Counted from the first letter of the stretch, positions 23,201 to 35,377 are shown. The stretch is 64,000 nucleotides of DNA from Phaeosaccion multiseriatum (GCA_965112735.1 OZ218961.1:806001-870000), one strand, 5' to 3'. Made by a program: numbers and translations. Notes: generated by a model not told the origin, from the letters alone.

Positions 23201-23398
23201 GGGAGGGGCGGGCGGCCAAAAATGGCGCCTCTAGGGGCGGCGTTTAGTGCAATGGGGGGTAAGGTGGTGGCAAGGGAGGTGTCGACGCTGAACAGCAAGC
23301 TTCGGGGACGGAGGGGTTCGAGGGGGGGAGGAGGGAGGGGCAGCAACAGCAGCAACAGCAGCGCAGACGGTATTGCCAGGCCTACAACGCTTCGCTGA
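20210..23398 (+). CDS. MIS12: Kinetochore protein Mis12/Mtw1-like (6 predicted exons)
   Basis: The spliced product EKYLGFNLQELVDD|EMNFIEDYTSDGIVALEE..|..RFKQDMDVYEAYLKKHLFGFPPDL follows the Mis12 pattern (FGFxP..FxDDxxN ... DKFExYxLRNxFxIP) and is followed by coiled coil. Approximate exons: 20210-20495, 20838-20911, 21247-21294, 21690-21794, 22157-22458, 22855-23398. Confidence 0.65.
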
Positions 23399-24577
23399 AA
23401 GACTGGGAGCGATGTAGGGCCGGAGAGAGGAAGAGAGAGAGAGAGAGAGAATGTAGGTACCTCCGACTCCATCGGCAGGGGGGGAGCAGGAGTCAATGTG
23501 TATGTGGTGTCTGGAGGGAGACTTCCTTGGATGTGGAAGCTGCTCAGCTCGTACGAATGCAGACAAGGGGGCATGCAAAGGCGCGAGCCTTCCTTCTATG
23601 GGGATGTGCTCCAAGTTGCTTGGTATTTGCTTTGTTTCCCCGTGTGTGTGTGTGTGTGTGTATGGTACTTGTCGCTGTGCTACGATGATGGTGCTGTATG
23701 GTAGGGCGGTATAGTGATGCAAAGACTTTGTATTTGAGCCCCCCCCCCCCCCTCCTCCTCCTCCTCACCGACCTGCGGTTTGCGCTGAGCGCTTTTCGCC
23801 AGAGCCTCTCCTATAGGATATATATAGGTTCTTATAGGAAGAGGAGGGGAGGGGGGAAGGGCGGGGGGGGGGGGGGTTGAATCACATGGACACTCCAGCC
23901 TTTTTGTGGGCCCCTTTTTCGTGTCTGTTACTAACAAAATCATAATTTATAGGGTTGTATGTCTGCTTGCTCTCAGCCAGGAGCAACTCCCTGCCCTATC
24001 TTGAACGGAGAGCAGTCAGTGTGGAGATGTAGGGGGGGTGACGAGGAGTCCTTTGCTTGGTTGTTGGTTGGTGTGTGCGTGGTGGATGTGGGCGACATGG
24101 TCCCGAGTTGGTAAGACGAGCCAACTGTGATTCCCTCCTACATTACGTAACATTTGCCAAATCGAGCGCAAAGGGAAACAAACGCATAAGCAAAGGAGGA
24201 AAGGGATTGGCACTCTGCTTAGCAGGTGGTTGTTGTGTGTCTTCTTTCTCCTCTCCACCAGCCAGGTTTTCGTCTCCTCCGTCGAGCAAGGTTGGTGTGA
24301 ATGTTGACGCTGTATGTTTACGTTGCTCCCCTCCCCTCTCTATCCTTCCTTTATCTTGCGGGCCCTCTGCTCCGGCCTTTGACCTATGCCTTCGCTGCTA
24401 CTGCTACTGCTGCACTGGGCCACGTTTTTGCGTCGCGCCATGAGGGGGGGATGGCGGCTTTCAACACCCTATCCTACGACAGGGAGGCACATGCATTCAC
24501 AGAGACAACTGTCAAGGGTCTATGCGCTTCAAACCCATCTCTCGCCCCCTCTTATTTCTCTCTCTCTCTCTCTCTCT

Positions 24578-24613
<36 letters not shown>

Positions 24614-24885
24614 AGCTCTTTCTTGTCTGCCTGCATGTCCTGATCAGCTTCATGCTGTTGAAGAAGCGGCACCTTCTGTTTTTTGTTCTCCCTGAATTCT
24701 TCCTACTGAGTGTTGTGCCTATGTATGCATGAGTACCACAAGGGCAGCCGCCTCCCCCCCTCTGCAGCGTGCAACACTCTTGCAGAAGCTGCCTTTTGTC
24801 AATCCCTACCATGCACCAACCCCCCACCCCCCTCTCTCTCCCTCTCTCTGTGTCTCCCTTTGCCTCCTCCTCTCTCTCCCAATAG

Positions 24886-26059
24886 ATGCGTCACACGACG
24901 GTGCTAGTAGCTACCGCCGCCGCCCTAGGCTGCACCGATGCCTTCGTGCCCATGACCACAAGCCGGGCGAACCTCCTTCTTTCCACCTCTCCCACCGTGG
25001 CACCAACAAGAGGTGTGTATGCAAGTCACATACATCCCCTCGCCCTCGCCCCGTGCGTACACCACCCACAATCATCCACTAGTTGCCATTGTTCTTTGCA
25101 ACTATCTTTCCCTTTGCCTCACTCCCTCCCCGGGCCTTGCCTCGGTGGGTGTGTCTCCACCTCCTTCGTTCTCTTGTCTTCCTCGGACACACACTCACGC
25201 GACTGTGCTCACTCACCCCCCCCCCTCCCTCCCCTTCCTCGCTCGCTCTCCCATCTATGTCCATATCTCTCTCAAACCTCTCTCTCACCTCTCCCCCCCC
25301 CCCCCCTCTCTCTCTCCCTCTTCCCCCCGTCTCTTTCTCTCTCGTCTCTCTTTTCTCTCAGCGTACTCACGGGGTAGTGTGATGCGCATGTCCGACGGCG
25401 GTGACTTTGACTATGATCTCATCATCGTGGGCTGCGGGGTGGGAGGGCACGGAGCGGCGCTGCACGCCAGAGCGAGTGGTGAGTGAGTGAGTGAGGGAGA
25501 GAGGGAGTGGCTGTGGCATGGACATGGGTAGAGAGAGCTTTCTTTCTCTCCTCCCCCCTCTTACTTCTACGTCGCTCTCTTGTCTCACTCTCCCTCCCTC
25601 TCACCCACTCCCTCTCTCTCCCTCTCTCTCTCTTTCTCCCTCTCCCTCTCTCTCTCAGGCCTGAAGACAGCAGTCCTAACGGGAAAGGACGTTGGAGGCA
25701 CATGCGTGAACCGCGGCTGTGTTCCCTCCAAGGCCCTTCTGGCAGCATCAGGCAGGGTGAGGGACATGCAAAACGAGAAGCACCTAGAGGACCTCGGCAT
25801 CCAAGTTGATGGTGAGTGTAAAGTGTTGTGGTGACACGGCGGGAGGGAGGGAGGGGAGGAGGAAGGAGGGGGGGGAGGTCAAGGGGAAGGAAGAAGCGAA
25901 GGGGAGAGAGAGAGAAGTAAGACATGGAGATTTGTGGTGGAGCGGATGGAAGCAAAGAATCTTGGTTTTGGCCCTGACCCTAACCCCGACCTTGACCCTG
26001 GCGTTTGACACTGACTCTGACTCTTGCCTCCTCCTCTCCCTCCTCCCCTCCTCCTCGCC

Positions 26060-26090
<31 letters not shown>

Positions 26091-26760
26091 CAGGCAAAGT
26101 TCGCTTCGACCGAGCTGCTGTGGCAGGGCATGCCAAGAACCTTGCCAACCGCGTCAAGGGGAACCTTGAGGCATCGCTAGTGGGTCTTGGGGTGGACGTT
26201 CTGGACGAGTCGGGTGAGTCAGGAGTAGAGGCATATGGGGAGGGATATGGGGAGGGAGGGGGTGGAAGGTATTAAGGGAACAGAAGGAGGGAGGGAGGGA
26301 GAGAGGGAGGGAGGGAGGGAGGCTCACTCACTTACTCACTCACTCACTCACTGACTTACTGACTTACTCACATGCGTACCTTTCTGACGCTCGGACGATA
26401 CGTGAAGGGATCTATGCCGGCCATCAGAAGGTGAAGGGAGGCAGCACAGGAAAGATGTACACGGCTAAGGATATCATCTTGGCCCCAGGCTCCATCCCTT
26501 TCGTGCCCCCAGGAGTGCAGGTGAGGGGGAGGAGGGGAGGAGGAGAAAGAGGAGGAGGGGGAGGAGGAGGAGGAGGAGGAGGAGGAGGAGGAGGAGGAGG
26601 AGGAGGAGGAGGGTGGTCGAAGGGTGGGGGGGAGGAGGGTGTAGGGAGGGCACTGTCTGTTGAGGAGGGAACACAACGCGGGATCACTCTTCTCTTCTGG
26701 GGGCTGATTTCCACCTCTTTCCCCCCATCGTGTGCTCTCAACAACAACAACAATAACAAT

Positions 26761-26804
<44 letters not shown>

Positions 26805-27917
26805 AACAGGCGGACGAGAAGACTGTATTCACCAGCGACGGAGGGCTAGAGCTCGCCTTCGTCCCCGAATACGTCGCCATCATCGGCTCGGGCTACATTG
26901 GACTCGAGTTTAGTGACGTGTACACGGCCCTGGGCGCCGAGGTGACCTTCATCGAGGCTCTGCCTACTCTCATGCCGACGTTCGATCGAGAGATTGCCAA
27001 GCTTGCAGAGAGGCTGCTTATCAAGCCGAGGGCAGTGGACTCACGCCTTGGAGTGTTTGCAGCCGAGGTGACGCCCGGGATTGTCGGGGAGAAGCCCGTT
27101 ACTATCAAGGTAGGTTTTTGGGGGGTCGGTGGGTGGGTGGGTGGGTGCTCGGGGGTGCTTGTTTGGGTGTCTTAGGTTGGGGTCCTAGCTGGAGGGTCCT
27201 TGTCTCTACTCACTCCCTCACTCACTCACTCACTCGCCATCCACCCATTTTGTTTCCTTGGAGTTCTAGCTGGAGGGTCCTTGTCTCCACTCAATCACTG
27301 ACTCACTCACTCACTCACTCACTCACTCACTCGCCATCCACCCCTTTTGTCTCCGTCTGGTGTATGGCTCTCCTCCCCTGTTGGACCCCCTTTCACAGAT
27401 GATCGACGCCAACACCAAGGAGCATGTGGAGACCATCGAGGTCAGTGTCCATGAGGAGCATCAGAGCAGGAGTGATGGTTGCTGTTGTTGCTGTTGTTGT
27501 TGTTCTTCTCCTTCTTCATCTTCCTCTTACCTCGCTCTTTCCGCCGCTCAATTCTCTCCTCCCCCCTCCCTCCTGCCTCTCCCTCTCCTCCTCCTCCTCC
27601 TCCTCCTCCTCCTCCTCCTCCTCTCCTCCCCTTGCCCCTCTCTCTTGTCTGGCTCTAGGTGGATGCATGCATGGTGGCCACAGGGCGTGTGCCGGCCACT
27701 AAGGGCCTCGGCCTCGAGGAGAACGGAATCGAAACCGTCAGAGGCTTCGTCCAGGTGAGAACCCCAGGGTTGTATGTGCGTATACACTATCACTTACGTA
27801 CGGACATGTTACGTACGTACATACATGGTTTAGTAGTACAGCACCCTCTTGTGTGTGGCTTTTCCGACTCCGACAGCAACGGCCTGGGGTTCGCCGCTCG
27901 CGTATGTGCGCTCTCTC

Positions 27918-27969
<52 letters not shown>

Positions 27970-29429
27970 CGTATGTCTTAACTCCCCTCTCCTCTCTTTC
28001 TCTCTCGCGCTGCCTCTCCCTATGCACCACCTTCACCCAATTCCTCCACCACCCACCACCACCACCACAACCCACCATTTTGCCACCAACCCTGATCACC
28101 ACAACCACCACCACCACGACCCACCATTGCCACCAACCCTGATCACCACAACCACCACCACCACCACCACCACCGCCACCTCCGCGACCACCTCGTCCTC
28201 CACCTCCATCTCCACCCAACCCTAGACCAACGACAAGATGCAAGTTCTGTCAGGCGAGAATGGAGAGGCCATCCCCAATCTTTACTGCATCGGGGACGCC
28301 AACGGCAAAATGATGCTCGCACACGCCGCCTCCGCCCACGGAATCTCTACGGTGGAGAACATTTGCGGTCGGCCGAACATTGTGAATCATCTTCACATCC
28401 CCGCGGCCTGCTTCACGCACCCGGAGATTGCCATGGTCGGTCTGACGGAGGAGCAGGCGAAGGTAGATGCAGAGGAGAAGGGCTACGAGCTAGGCAAGAG
28501 CACGGGGCATTTCAGAGCCAATTCCAAGGCTCTGGCTGAGGGAGAGGGAGACGGTATCGCCAAGGTAAGGCAACGGCTAGAGGGGGGGGGGGGGGAGGGG
28601 GCAGGGGCAGGCATATGGGCAGGGGCAGGCATATGGACAGGGCCAGGCACATGGACAGGGGCAGGGTAGACATATGGTCAGGGGCAGGCATATGGGCAGG
28701 GGTAGGGGTAGGCATATGGGCAGGGGCAGGGAGAGTCGCGGTTTTGGGCAGTTCTTCCTCCGTATCTCCCCGGGTGCCTTTTTTTTAACCTTTTGAAAGG
28801 CTATTTTCTCTCTTTGTCGCCTATCTCTCTCTCTGCCCTCTCTCTCTCTCCGCGTTGTGTGCATTTTCTTACATGACTGATTCCCTCTCCCCTCTCTCCT
28901 CTCAGGTGCTGTTCAACAAGCAGACGGAGGAGATTGTCGGAGTGCACATCATCGGCATCCATGCTGCTGACCTCATCCAGGCAAGTCACCCTCTCACTCA
29001 CTCACTCTTTCGCGAGAGAAAGAGAGGGAGAGGGAGGGAGGGACGGAGAGGGAGAGAGGAAGAGGGAGAGGAAGAGATGCGGCTGATCTCATCCAGGCAA
29101 GAAACTCACTCACTCACAATCCTTTCACTCTCCCTCTCTCTTGCCCAACACCACCCCACCCCACCCCATCATCCTCCCTCTCTTCCTCTCTCCCTCTCTC
29201 TCTCCCTTCCTCTCTCCCTCTCTCTCTCTTCCTCTTTCCCTCTCTCTCTCTTCCTCTATCCCTCTCTCTCTCTCCCTCTATCCCTCTCTCCACCCAACAG
29301 GAGTGTGCCAACGCCATGGCCTCCGGCACCACTGTGCGCGAGCTTGCCATGATTGTGCACACGCACCCCACCCTCTGTGAGGTGCTCGACGAGGCCTTCA
29401 AGGGCGCTGTCGGACGCACGGCACACTAA
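24886..29429 (+). CDS. lpdA: Plastid dihydrolipoamide dehydrogenase (E3), about 11 exons
   Basis: FAD motif [17 protein letters not shown]; redox disulfide [15 protein letters not shown]; NAD motif [11 protein letters not shown]; [18 protein letters not shown]; C-terminal HTHPTLCE. The presequence [19 protein letters not shown]|FVP is a signal peptide plus an ASAFAP-type Phe. Confidence 0.95.
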
Positions 29430-30329
29430 GGAGAGAGAGAGAGAGAGAGGGAGAGGGGAGAGAGAGAAATAGAAGGAACAAGTCGCTGAGACGGGAGAGG
29501 AAAAGAAGCTCACAGCACAGAGGAATGGCGCGTGGGACTGAAGCGGGAGGGTTTGAGGGTTTGAGAAATTGGGGGTTGGTGTTTGGGTTTAAGCGGGTGG
29601 GTGGATTGGTGAGTGCGTGCTGTTGTTAGTGTTGGGGGGTCTGGATCCGATCGTTTGGTCGACATCGAAAAATGTTATCGATGTCGAGTCGACGAAATGG
29701 AACGGATCTCAGAGTGAGAGAGAGAGGTAGCGAGGCGTTTTATCGACAGTTAAGAGGAAGTTCGGGCTCGGCATGCGTGTGGGTATACAGCAGAGGAGGA
29801 GGGTTACCGAGTCGACGAAGAAGAGGAGCGAAGGCCCCATGCAGCGGGCACTGGCCTGCTGGCCTTGTGTGTGTGTGTGTGTGTGGATGGGTGGGTGTGG
29901 GTGTGTATCTACGCATAGCTACTCAAGAGCAGAACAACGCATCACAACGGTGACTGAAAGTTAAGTCGGTCGTGCGCCAAGCGGGGTAGGGACCATTCGG
30001 AACGGTTTCGAAACGGTTTAGGGGAGAGGACTTGGGGTTGCAATCCGCAGCAGCAGACCGTGGATGTGAGACTCGGATGGGAGTTTTGGCAAGCGCCTCA
30101 ACCTTACCCACTTGTGAGTGACCCAACCTTACCCACTCGTTCGCCGACCCTCCGCGGGGGAGGAGTTGGGAGAGAGGGCCACGGAGGGAAAGGGGTGCTT
30201 CGGATGGGAGAGAGGGTACCTCCGCTACAAGTATCCGTTATTAGTGGGAGCGGGAGATGGGTGCTGTATTGAGGAATGACACATTTTAATTTATCCAAAT
30301 GAGAGAAAAACACAACACTCCCATGCACG

Positions 30330-30845
30330 CGAGGCCGCCTCTGTTGCCGCCTCCGCAGCCGCCGCTTTCTGTCGACACTCCTCCTCCTCAGCTCGGGTCG
30401 ATCGGATCCAAGATCCGAGTCTCTTTCTCTCTCTCTCTCTCTCTCTTCGTGGACGAAGGCTGCTTGCCGATGAGCGAAGGAGCGTCGCCGAGGAGGAAGA
30501 TGATGAATTGGAGGAGGAGCAGCAGCAGCTACTGAGGCGGCGGAAGAGGGGGGGAAGGCATTCCAATTGGAGTATTGGAGTCTCTTGATACCCTTGGGAG
30601 GAGTTGGCGTGCTGTCTTGCATGCAGCGATGAACGAGCGACACAGCCATGAGCGACCGGCACAGGCCCGTCTGCCTTTGCCCCAGCTGGACCTGCGCTGG
30701 TCCCGTCGGAGGGAGTGGGGCGCTTCGGGCCAGCTGCTGGAGTGGCTTGGCTTGCTTCCCTCCGAGAGAGAGAGGGAGATAAACTCGAAACTGACACTGA
30801 AAGTACGCTCCAGTGCTGGCCGCGGGCGCCTCATCCAGAGTCACC
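30330..30845 (-). repeat. Dispersed repeat, copy 2 (circularly permuted), preceded by a stub of the ankyrin-gene start
   Basis: Reverse complement matches 15596-16575 with internal deletions. CCTCATCCAGAGTCAC at ~30829-30844 duplicates ~32011-32026, around the ATG of the neighbouring gene. Confidence 0.85.
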
Positions 30846-30894
30846 TACGCCTCTCTCCCTCTCTATCGGTCAGTGCTAGCTCGTTCTCCTCCTC

Positions 30895-32016
30895 TCAGTC
30901 CTGGCAGTCGCAGGGGTGTCCGTTAGCATGCCCCCACTGCTTGATCTCCTCAAAGGTTCTGGCGTCGATATCCCATTCCTCACCGTACCCGTACTCTTCT
31001 TGATACACTCTGTCCCTGATGACCTGTGGGCACGACCTTTCGTCCCACGCACACTGCACTTCCTCCGATCGGAGCCATTTCAGCACAGCAAGGCTCATAC
31101 CTTCCATGACTGCCTCCTTACAGACCTCCTCATCCCAGTCACAGAGGTGGCGAGCATTGGCGTGGAGGAACTGCAGTACCTCAAGACGGCCCCCTTGAGC
31201 TGCAAGTGAGGCCCCACTGCGCCAAGTGCCATCTTTATTCTCTTCGAGCAAGGCTCTCGTGGGAGGATACGCGAGGAGCCATTCCACAACGGGGAAATGC
31301 ATACCATAACATGCTATCTCCCAAGATCCGGAATCAATTTCTGCACCAGCTTCGTCCGACATCAGCCACTTGAGCATCTCCAAGTGCTCCTTCCCTGCAG
31401 CGTGGCGAAACATATCGGCGCCGTTGCGATCCCATGGACACTGCTTCTTGTCTGGAAGGTCCTCCGAGCGTAGCCATTTGAGCACTCGTAGGCCATACTT
31501 TCTGTTACGTGTAGTTGCAACACAAGCCCACCCACCCCAGGGACAGTCCTTGCCGTGGAGGGCCTTGCATACGTCGACATCACCGTACTCCGCAGCGACC
31601 GTGAAGAGCTTGGCACATAGCTCCAGCCCGTGCTGACTTGTTGTCGCCCAGTTGATGGACTCCACAGAGCTGAACACAGATGAGTAGTCTGTCTCCATTA
31701 CTGGATACAAGGCGGTGTAGCTGGCCTTCCATTCCTGACACACACCTGCCACGAAGCAGAAGTGTCCCTTTCCCACGTACTTTAAGATTGTGCTGAACAG
31801 CCCGAGCTGTGCCAAGACCTCATGGCACGCTTCACAGAGCTGCCCATTCCCTCCTTCATTTGAAGAAGTAGCACAGGTACTACCACCAGTCGCTGCCATC
31901 CTCCTCCGCTGCGTGGAGCTCCGCCCCCCCCCCTGCAAAGGCCCTCTCGCCGCTACTCCCACTGTAGCGGCACCGAATCCGGCACCAGAGCAGAGCGAAC
32001 TGCGCGGCCTCCTCAT
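30895..32016 (-). CDS. Intronless ankyrin-like repeat protein ('CPW(D)' type, as in algae and giant viruses)
   Basis: N-terminal ILKYVGKGHFCFVAGVCQEWKASY. Repeats AAEYGDVDVCKALHGKDCPW, AAGKEHLEMLKWL, AAQGGRLEVLQFLHAN..CDWDEEVC, QWGHANGHPC. Confidence 0.8.
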   Translation of the reverse strand: MRRPRSSLCSGAGFGAATVGVAARGPLQGGGRSSTQRRRMAATGGSTCATSSNEGGNGQLCEACHEVLAQLGLFSTILKYVGKGHFCFVAGVCQEWKASYTALYPVMETDYSSVFSSVESINWATTSQHGLELCAKLFTVAAEYGDVDVCKALHGKDCPWGGWACVATTRNRKYGLRVLKWLRSEDLPDKKQCPWDRNGADMFRHAAGKEHLEMLKWLMSDEAGAEIDSGSWEIACYGMHFPVVEWLLAYPPTRALLEENKDGTWRSGASLAAQGGRLEVLQFLHANARHLCDWDEEVCKEAVMEGMSLAVLKWLRSEEVQCAWDERSCPQVIRDRVYQEEYGYGEEWDIDARTFEEIKQWGHANGHPCDCQD

Positions 32017-32392
32017 CCAGAGTCACAGATGGTCGGCCAAAGCCGGAGTTTCTTTTTGTTTGGCGGCAAAGGCAAGCAACACCGTCCGTAAAGCAGTCAA
32101 AACCCTAACCCTTGAAGCTTTATCTGGCTGGTACCGTCGAAGGAGTAGGAGGTTGGAGTAGAACGAGTGGAAGAACGAAAGCAGAAAGAGGTCAAGGGAA
32201 GTGGAAGCCTACTCTGCTTTCTGCTGCTGCCTGGCTGGCGTCCACGCCCGCTCATCAAACGTCTCCTTACTGCACTTTCACCTGTCTCTATACTGCTGCT
32301 TCCCCCCTTCCGCAGGAGTTCATCAGCTCCCGGCACAGAAGGGCATCGGGACGTGGAGGTGGCGGGGCGCGTGAATCTACGCATAGAAGGCG

Positions 32393-33409
32393 GATGAGAC
32401 GGTCTTCAGCAGCAGCAGCGACTGGTGGTAGTCCCAGTGCTCCTGCTTCGGACCAAGGAGGCAGTGGGCTGCTCTTTGAAGCTTGCCACGAGGTCTTGTT
32501 GGCACAGCTCGAGCTTCTCAACGTAGTCATGGAGCACATGGGAAAGGGGCACTTCTGCTTCGTGGCAGGTGTGTGTGAGGAGTGGAAGGTCAGCTACGCC
32601 GCTTTGTATCCAGCAGTGGAGACAGACTATTCATCTGTGGTCAGCTCTGTGCAGTGCGTCAACTGGGCGACAAAAAGTCCGCAGGGCGTTGAGCTAACTG
32701 AAGAGCTGTTCGAGGTCGCTGCCCGGCACGGAGATGCCGACGTATGCAAGACCCTCCATGGCAAGGACCGTTTCTGGAATGGGTATGTGTGTCACGCAAC
32801 AGCGTGCAACAGAAAGCATGGCCTGAGTGTACTGAAGTGGCTGCGCTCAGAGGACCTTCCCGACAAGGAGCAGTGCCCATGGGAAGCGAACGGCGTCGGT
32901 GTCTGTGGCTTGGCTGCACAGGATGGGCACTTGGAGATGCTCACGTGGCTGTTGTCGGAAGAAGGTAATGCTGAGATGAATGGCCAATCTTGGATGGTCG
33001 CATGTGCAGACGGGCATCTCCCCGTCGTGAAATGGCTCCTCGAGCATCCTCCCACGAGGGCCTTACTGGAAGAGAATGAGCACGGCGAGTGGCGTAGTGG
33101 GGCTAGGTGTGCAGCTGGAGGGGGCCATCTCGAGGTACTGCAGTTGCTCCACGCCAATGCTCGCCACCTCTGTGATTGAGATGAGAAGGTCTGCACGAAT
33201 GCAGTCACGGAGGGCGTAATGACATGGCTCCGATCGGAGGAAGTGCAGCGTGAGTGGGACGAAAGGTCGTGCCCACCGGTCATCAGGGGCAGAGAGTGTA
33301 TGAAGTAGAGTACCTTGATGGCTACGAATGGGAAATCAGTAACGAGACCTTTGAAGAGATGAAGGAGTGGGTGCACGCCAATGGGCATCCCTGCAACTGC
33401 CAGGACTGA
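32393..33409 (+). pseudogene. Inverted paralogue of the ankyrin-like gene, disrupted
   Basis: Collinear with 30895-32016, but TGA replaces Trp at 33177-33179 (HLCD* vs HLCDW). There is also a short deletion and a 2-nt frameshift in GGCAGAGAGTG (~33290). Homology resumes to EWVHANGHPCNCQD* ending at 33409. Confidence 0.85.
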
Positions 33410-33691
33410 GAGGAGAATAAGCAGGCGTGGGTGAGAGGCATATGGAGCAGATACACACCTTCTGCTGTGCATGTTGGTGGTGGGAGGGTTTAGACCATTG
33501 CACAGCTTGGCGTCTTGAGTGAGTCAGCAAGCGGAGGGCTGTCAACGGTGGGCTGGGTGGGGGCTGGTCAAGAGGCATCAGCGGCCACATGCAGGCGGCT
33601 GAGAGGGTATAGTGGAGCAACAGGCCCGGCGGCTTCAGATCTTCCCTACCCGTTACAGAATTTGGATTCTAATTTGTAGATGTAAATGTAA

Positions 33692-34870
33692 ATGGAAGCG
33701 CCCAGTCGAAGAGAAATGCGAGCTTACCTCCCCACCATTGCGGAGGCGGAGGAAGCACAAGGACCCAAAGACGCACGGTGGTGGCCTTCCCTGCGGCTGG
33801 CGCTCCTCCTTCTCCTTTTTGTGGTGGTAGCCTCGCTGGGCTTGTTGGAGGACGTTACGCAGGGAAGCCTTTGGAGTGTGGGGGTTGGCTTCTTCTCCGG
33901 GAAGAGCGAGCAGCAGCAGAGTGCGAAAGAAGAAGGGAGGCGGCAATCAGTAGGTCTGAGGTGGAGAGCAGCAGCAGCAGCAGCGGCGTCTGGAGACGAG
34001 CCCTCCTCAACAGGAAGGAGCCGGAGGAGGGGGCTGCGAGACTCAACCTCACTGGCTGCCGAGGAGTTGACCTCCCCCCAACGATATGAGAGTAAGGCAT
34101 CCCTCAGCCTCGAGGGGGAGGGTTTGAAGCGAGGGAAACAGCATCCGGACGAAAGGAGGGCCTACCAGGAGCAGAACGAGGCGGAGAAAGTGCTGCAAGA
34201 GGTCCAGCGAGAAAAGCAGCAGCGGCAGGAGGAGGAGGAAGAAGAGGAGGAGGAAGAGGAGGAGGAAGAAGAGTCACCTCCTATAATAGTGGTGGGGCTT
34301 CCAAAGTGCGGTACGAGCTCTCTCGCCGCTGCTGTGCAATGCTCAGGGCGAAAATCGTCTCATTGGATGTGCGGTCGAGCAACGTGCGGGAACTGCATTC
34401 ACAACAATGTCCTGGCGGGGAAGCCGCCCTTGGAGGGCTGCGGGCATGAAGACTTTTTCGCCCAGATTGACCGAGATGGGGACAATGGGAAGCTCTGCTA
34501 TTTTCCGCAGATCTCAGCCCTCGAGGAGATTCATCAAGAGTTCCCCACCGCAACCTTTGTACTCAACCAACGCCCTGCCGAGAGATGGGTCAGCAGCGTC
34601 GATCGATGGGGGAACATGCGCCAGCGCCTAATCGATTGCGATATCCCGGGCTTTCCAGCCGGCGTGGGGAGCGAGGACTTAGAAATGGTGGAGTTTTTCA
34701 ACAGACACAAGCGCTTCATACGGGACTTTGTGGACGCTCACCCTTCGCACTTGCTGGTAGAGGTGGATATCGAGTCGGAAACCGCCGCGACCGTGCTGCA
34801 CAATGAGCTGGGCATTCCTCGGAGCTGCTGGGGGCAGATGAACGTAGGCAAACCTCGGTCTCGGTTGTAG
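33692..34870 (+). CDS. Type II membrane P-loop sulfotransferase-family protein (Sulfotransfer_4-like), intronless
   Basis: Single N-terminal TM (LALLLLLFVVVASLGLL) and a stem. PAPS-binding-type IIVVGLPKCGTSSL; FPTATFVLNQRPAERWVSSV; HKRFIRDFVDAHPSHLLVEVDI. Confidence 0.75.
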   Translation: MEAPSRREMRAYLPTIAEAEEAQGPKDARWWPSLRLALLLLLFVVVASLGLLEDVTQGSLWSVGVGFFSGKSEQQQSAKEEGRRQSVGLRWRAAAAAAASGDEPSSTGRSRRRGLRDSTSLAAEELTSPQRYESKASLSLEGEGLKRGKQHPDERRAYQEQNEAEKVLQEVQREKQQRQEEEEEEEEEEEEEEESPPIIVVGLPKCGTSSLAAAVQCSGRKSSHWMCGRATCGNCIHNNVLAGKPPLEGCGHEDFFAQIDRDGDNGKLCYFPQISALEEIHQEFPTATFVLNQRPAERWVSSVDRWGNMRQRLIDCDIPGFPAGVGSEDLEMVEFFNRHKRFIRDFVDAHPSHLLVEVDIESETAATVLHNELGIPRSCWGQMNVGKPRSRL

Positions 34871-35377
34871 TTATATAATGTACCATAGGACGAAGAATAA
34901 TATTTTTTCCTACCATGATGGCACGTCTGTCGGGTGTTCTGTAACCCCTTCCACCGAGCGCCGCTGCTCCTGAGCGTTCACAAGCATAGACTGTCTGTGA
35001 TTCATTACTTGGTTGATACCCTTAGCTTCACTGACCTGTCTCTTCTCAAAACCACACCAACTCATCAAGAGGGAGCGACTCTATCTAGACAGGGGGCGCG
35101 CCCCACCCCCCTTGTGTGTGGATAGGCACTGCTGCTCCCTTCCCCTCCCTCCCTGTCAACCCCCCCCCCCCCCCCTTCAACCCCGTCCCGAGGTGCGAGC
35201 CCAGCGAGAGGGGCACTAGGCTCACAGAAAGCCCCAGCAGAGCAGCAGCAGTCACAGTAGCCGCACAGTAGCAGCAGAGCAGCAGGAGGCTCTCTGTCGC
35301 TCTCTGTCCCTACACACTGCCTCGTGTCACAGCAAGGCTCCCGCTCCCGTACTGCTGTGTATCATATGGAGAGAGCT

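Noticed and set aside
33177-33179. TGA at a conserved Trp as evidence of an alternative genetic code or readthrough
   Set aside because: The same copy also has a frameshift and a deletion, and other genes here use TGG for Trp and TGA as stop. Pseudogene is the simpler reading.
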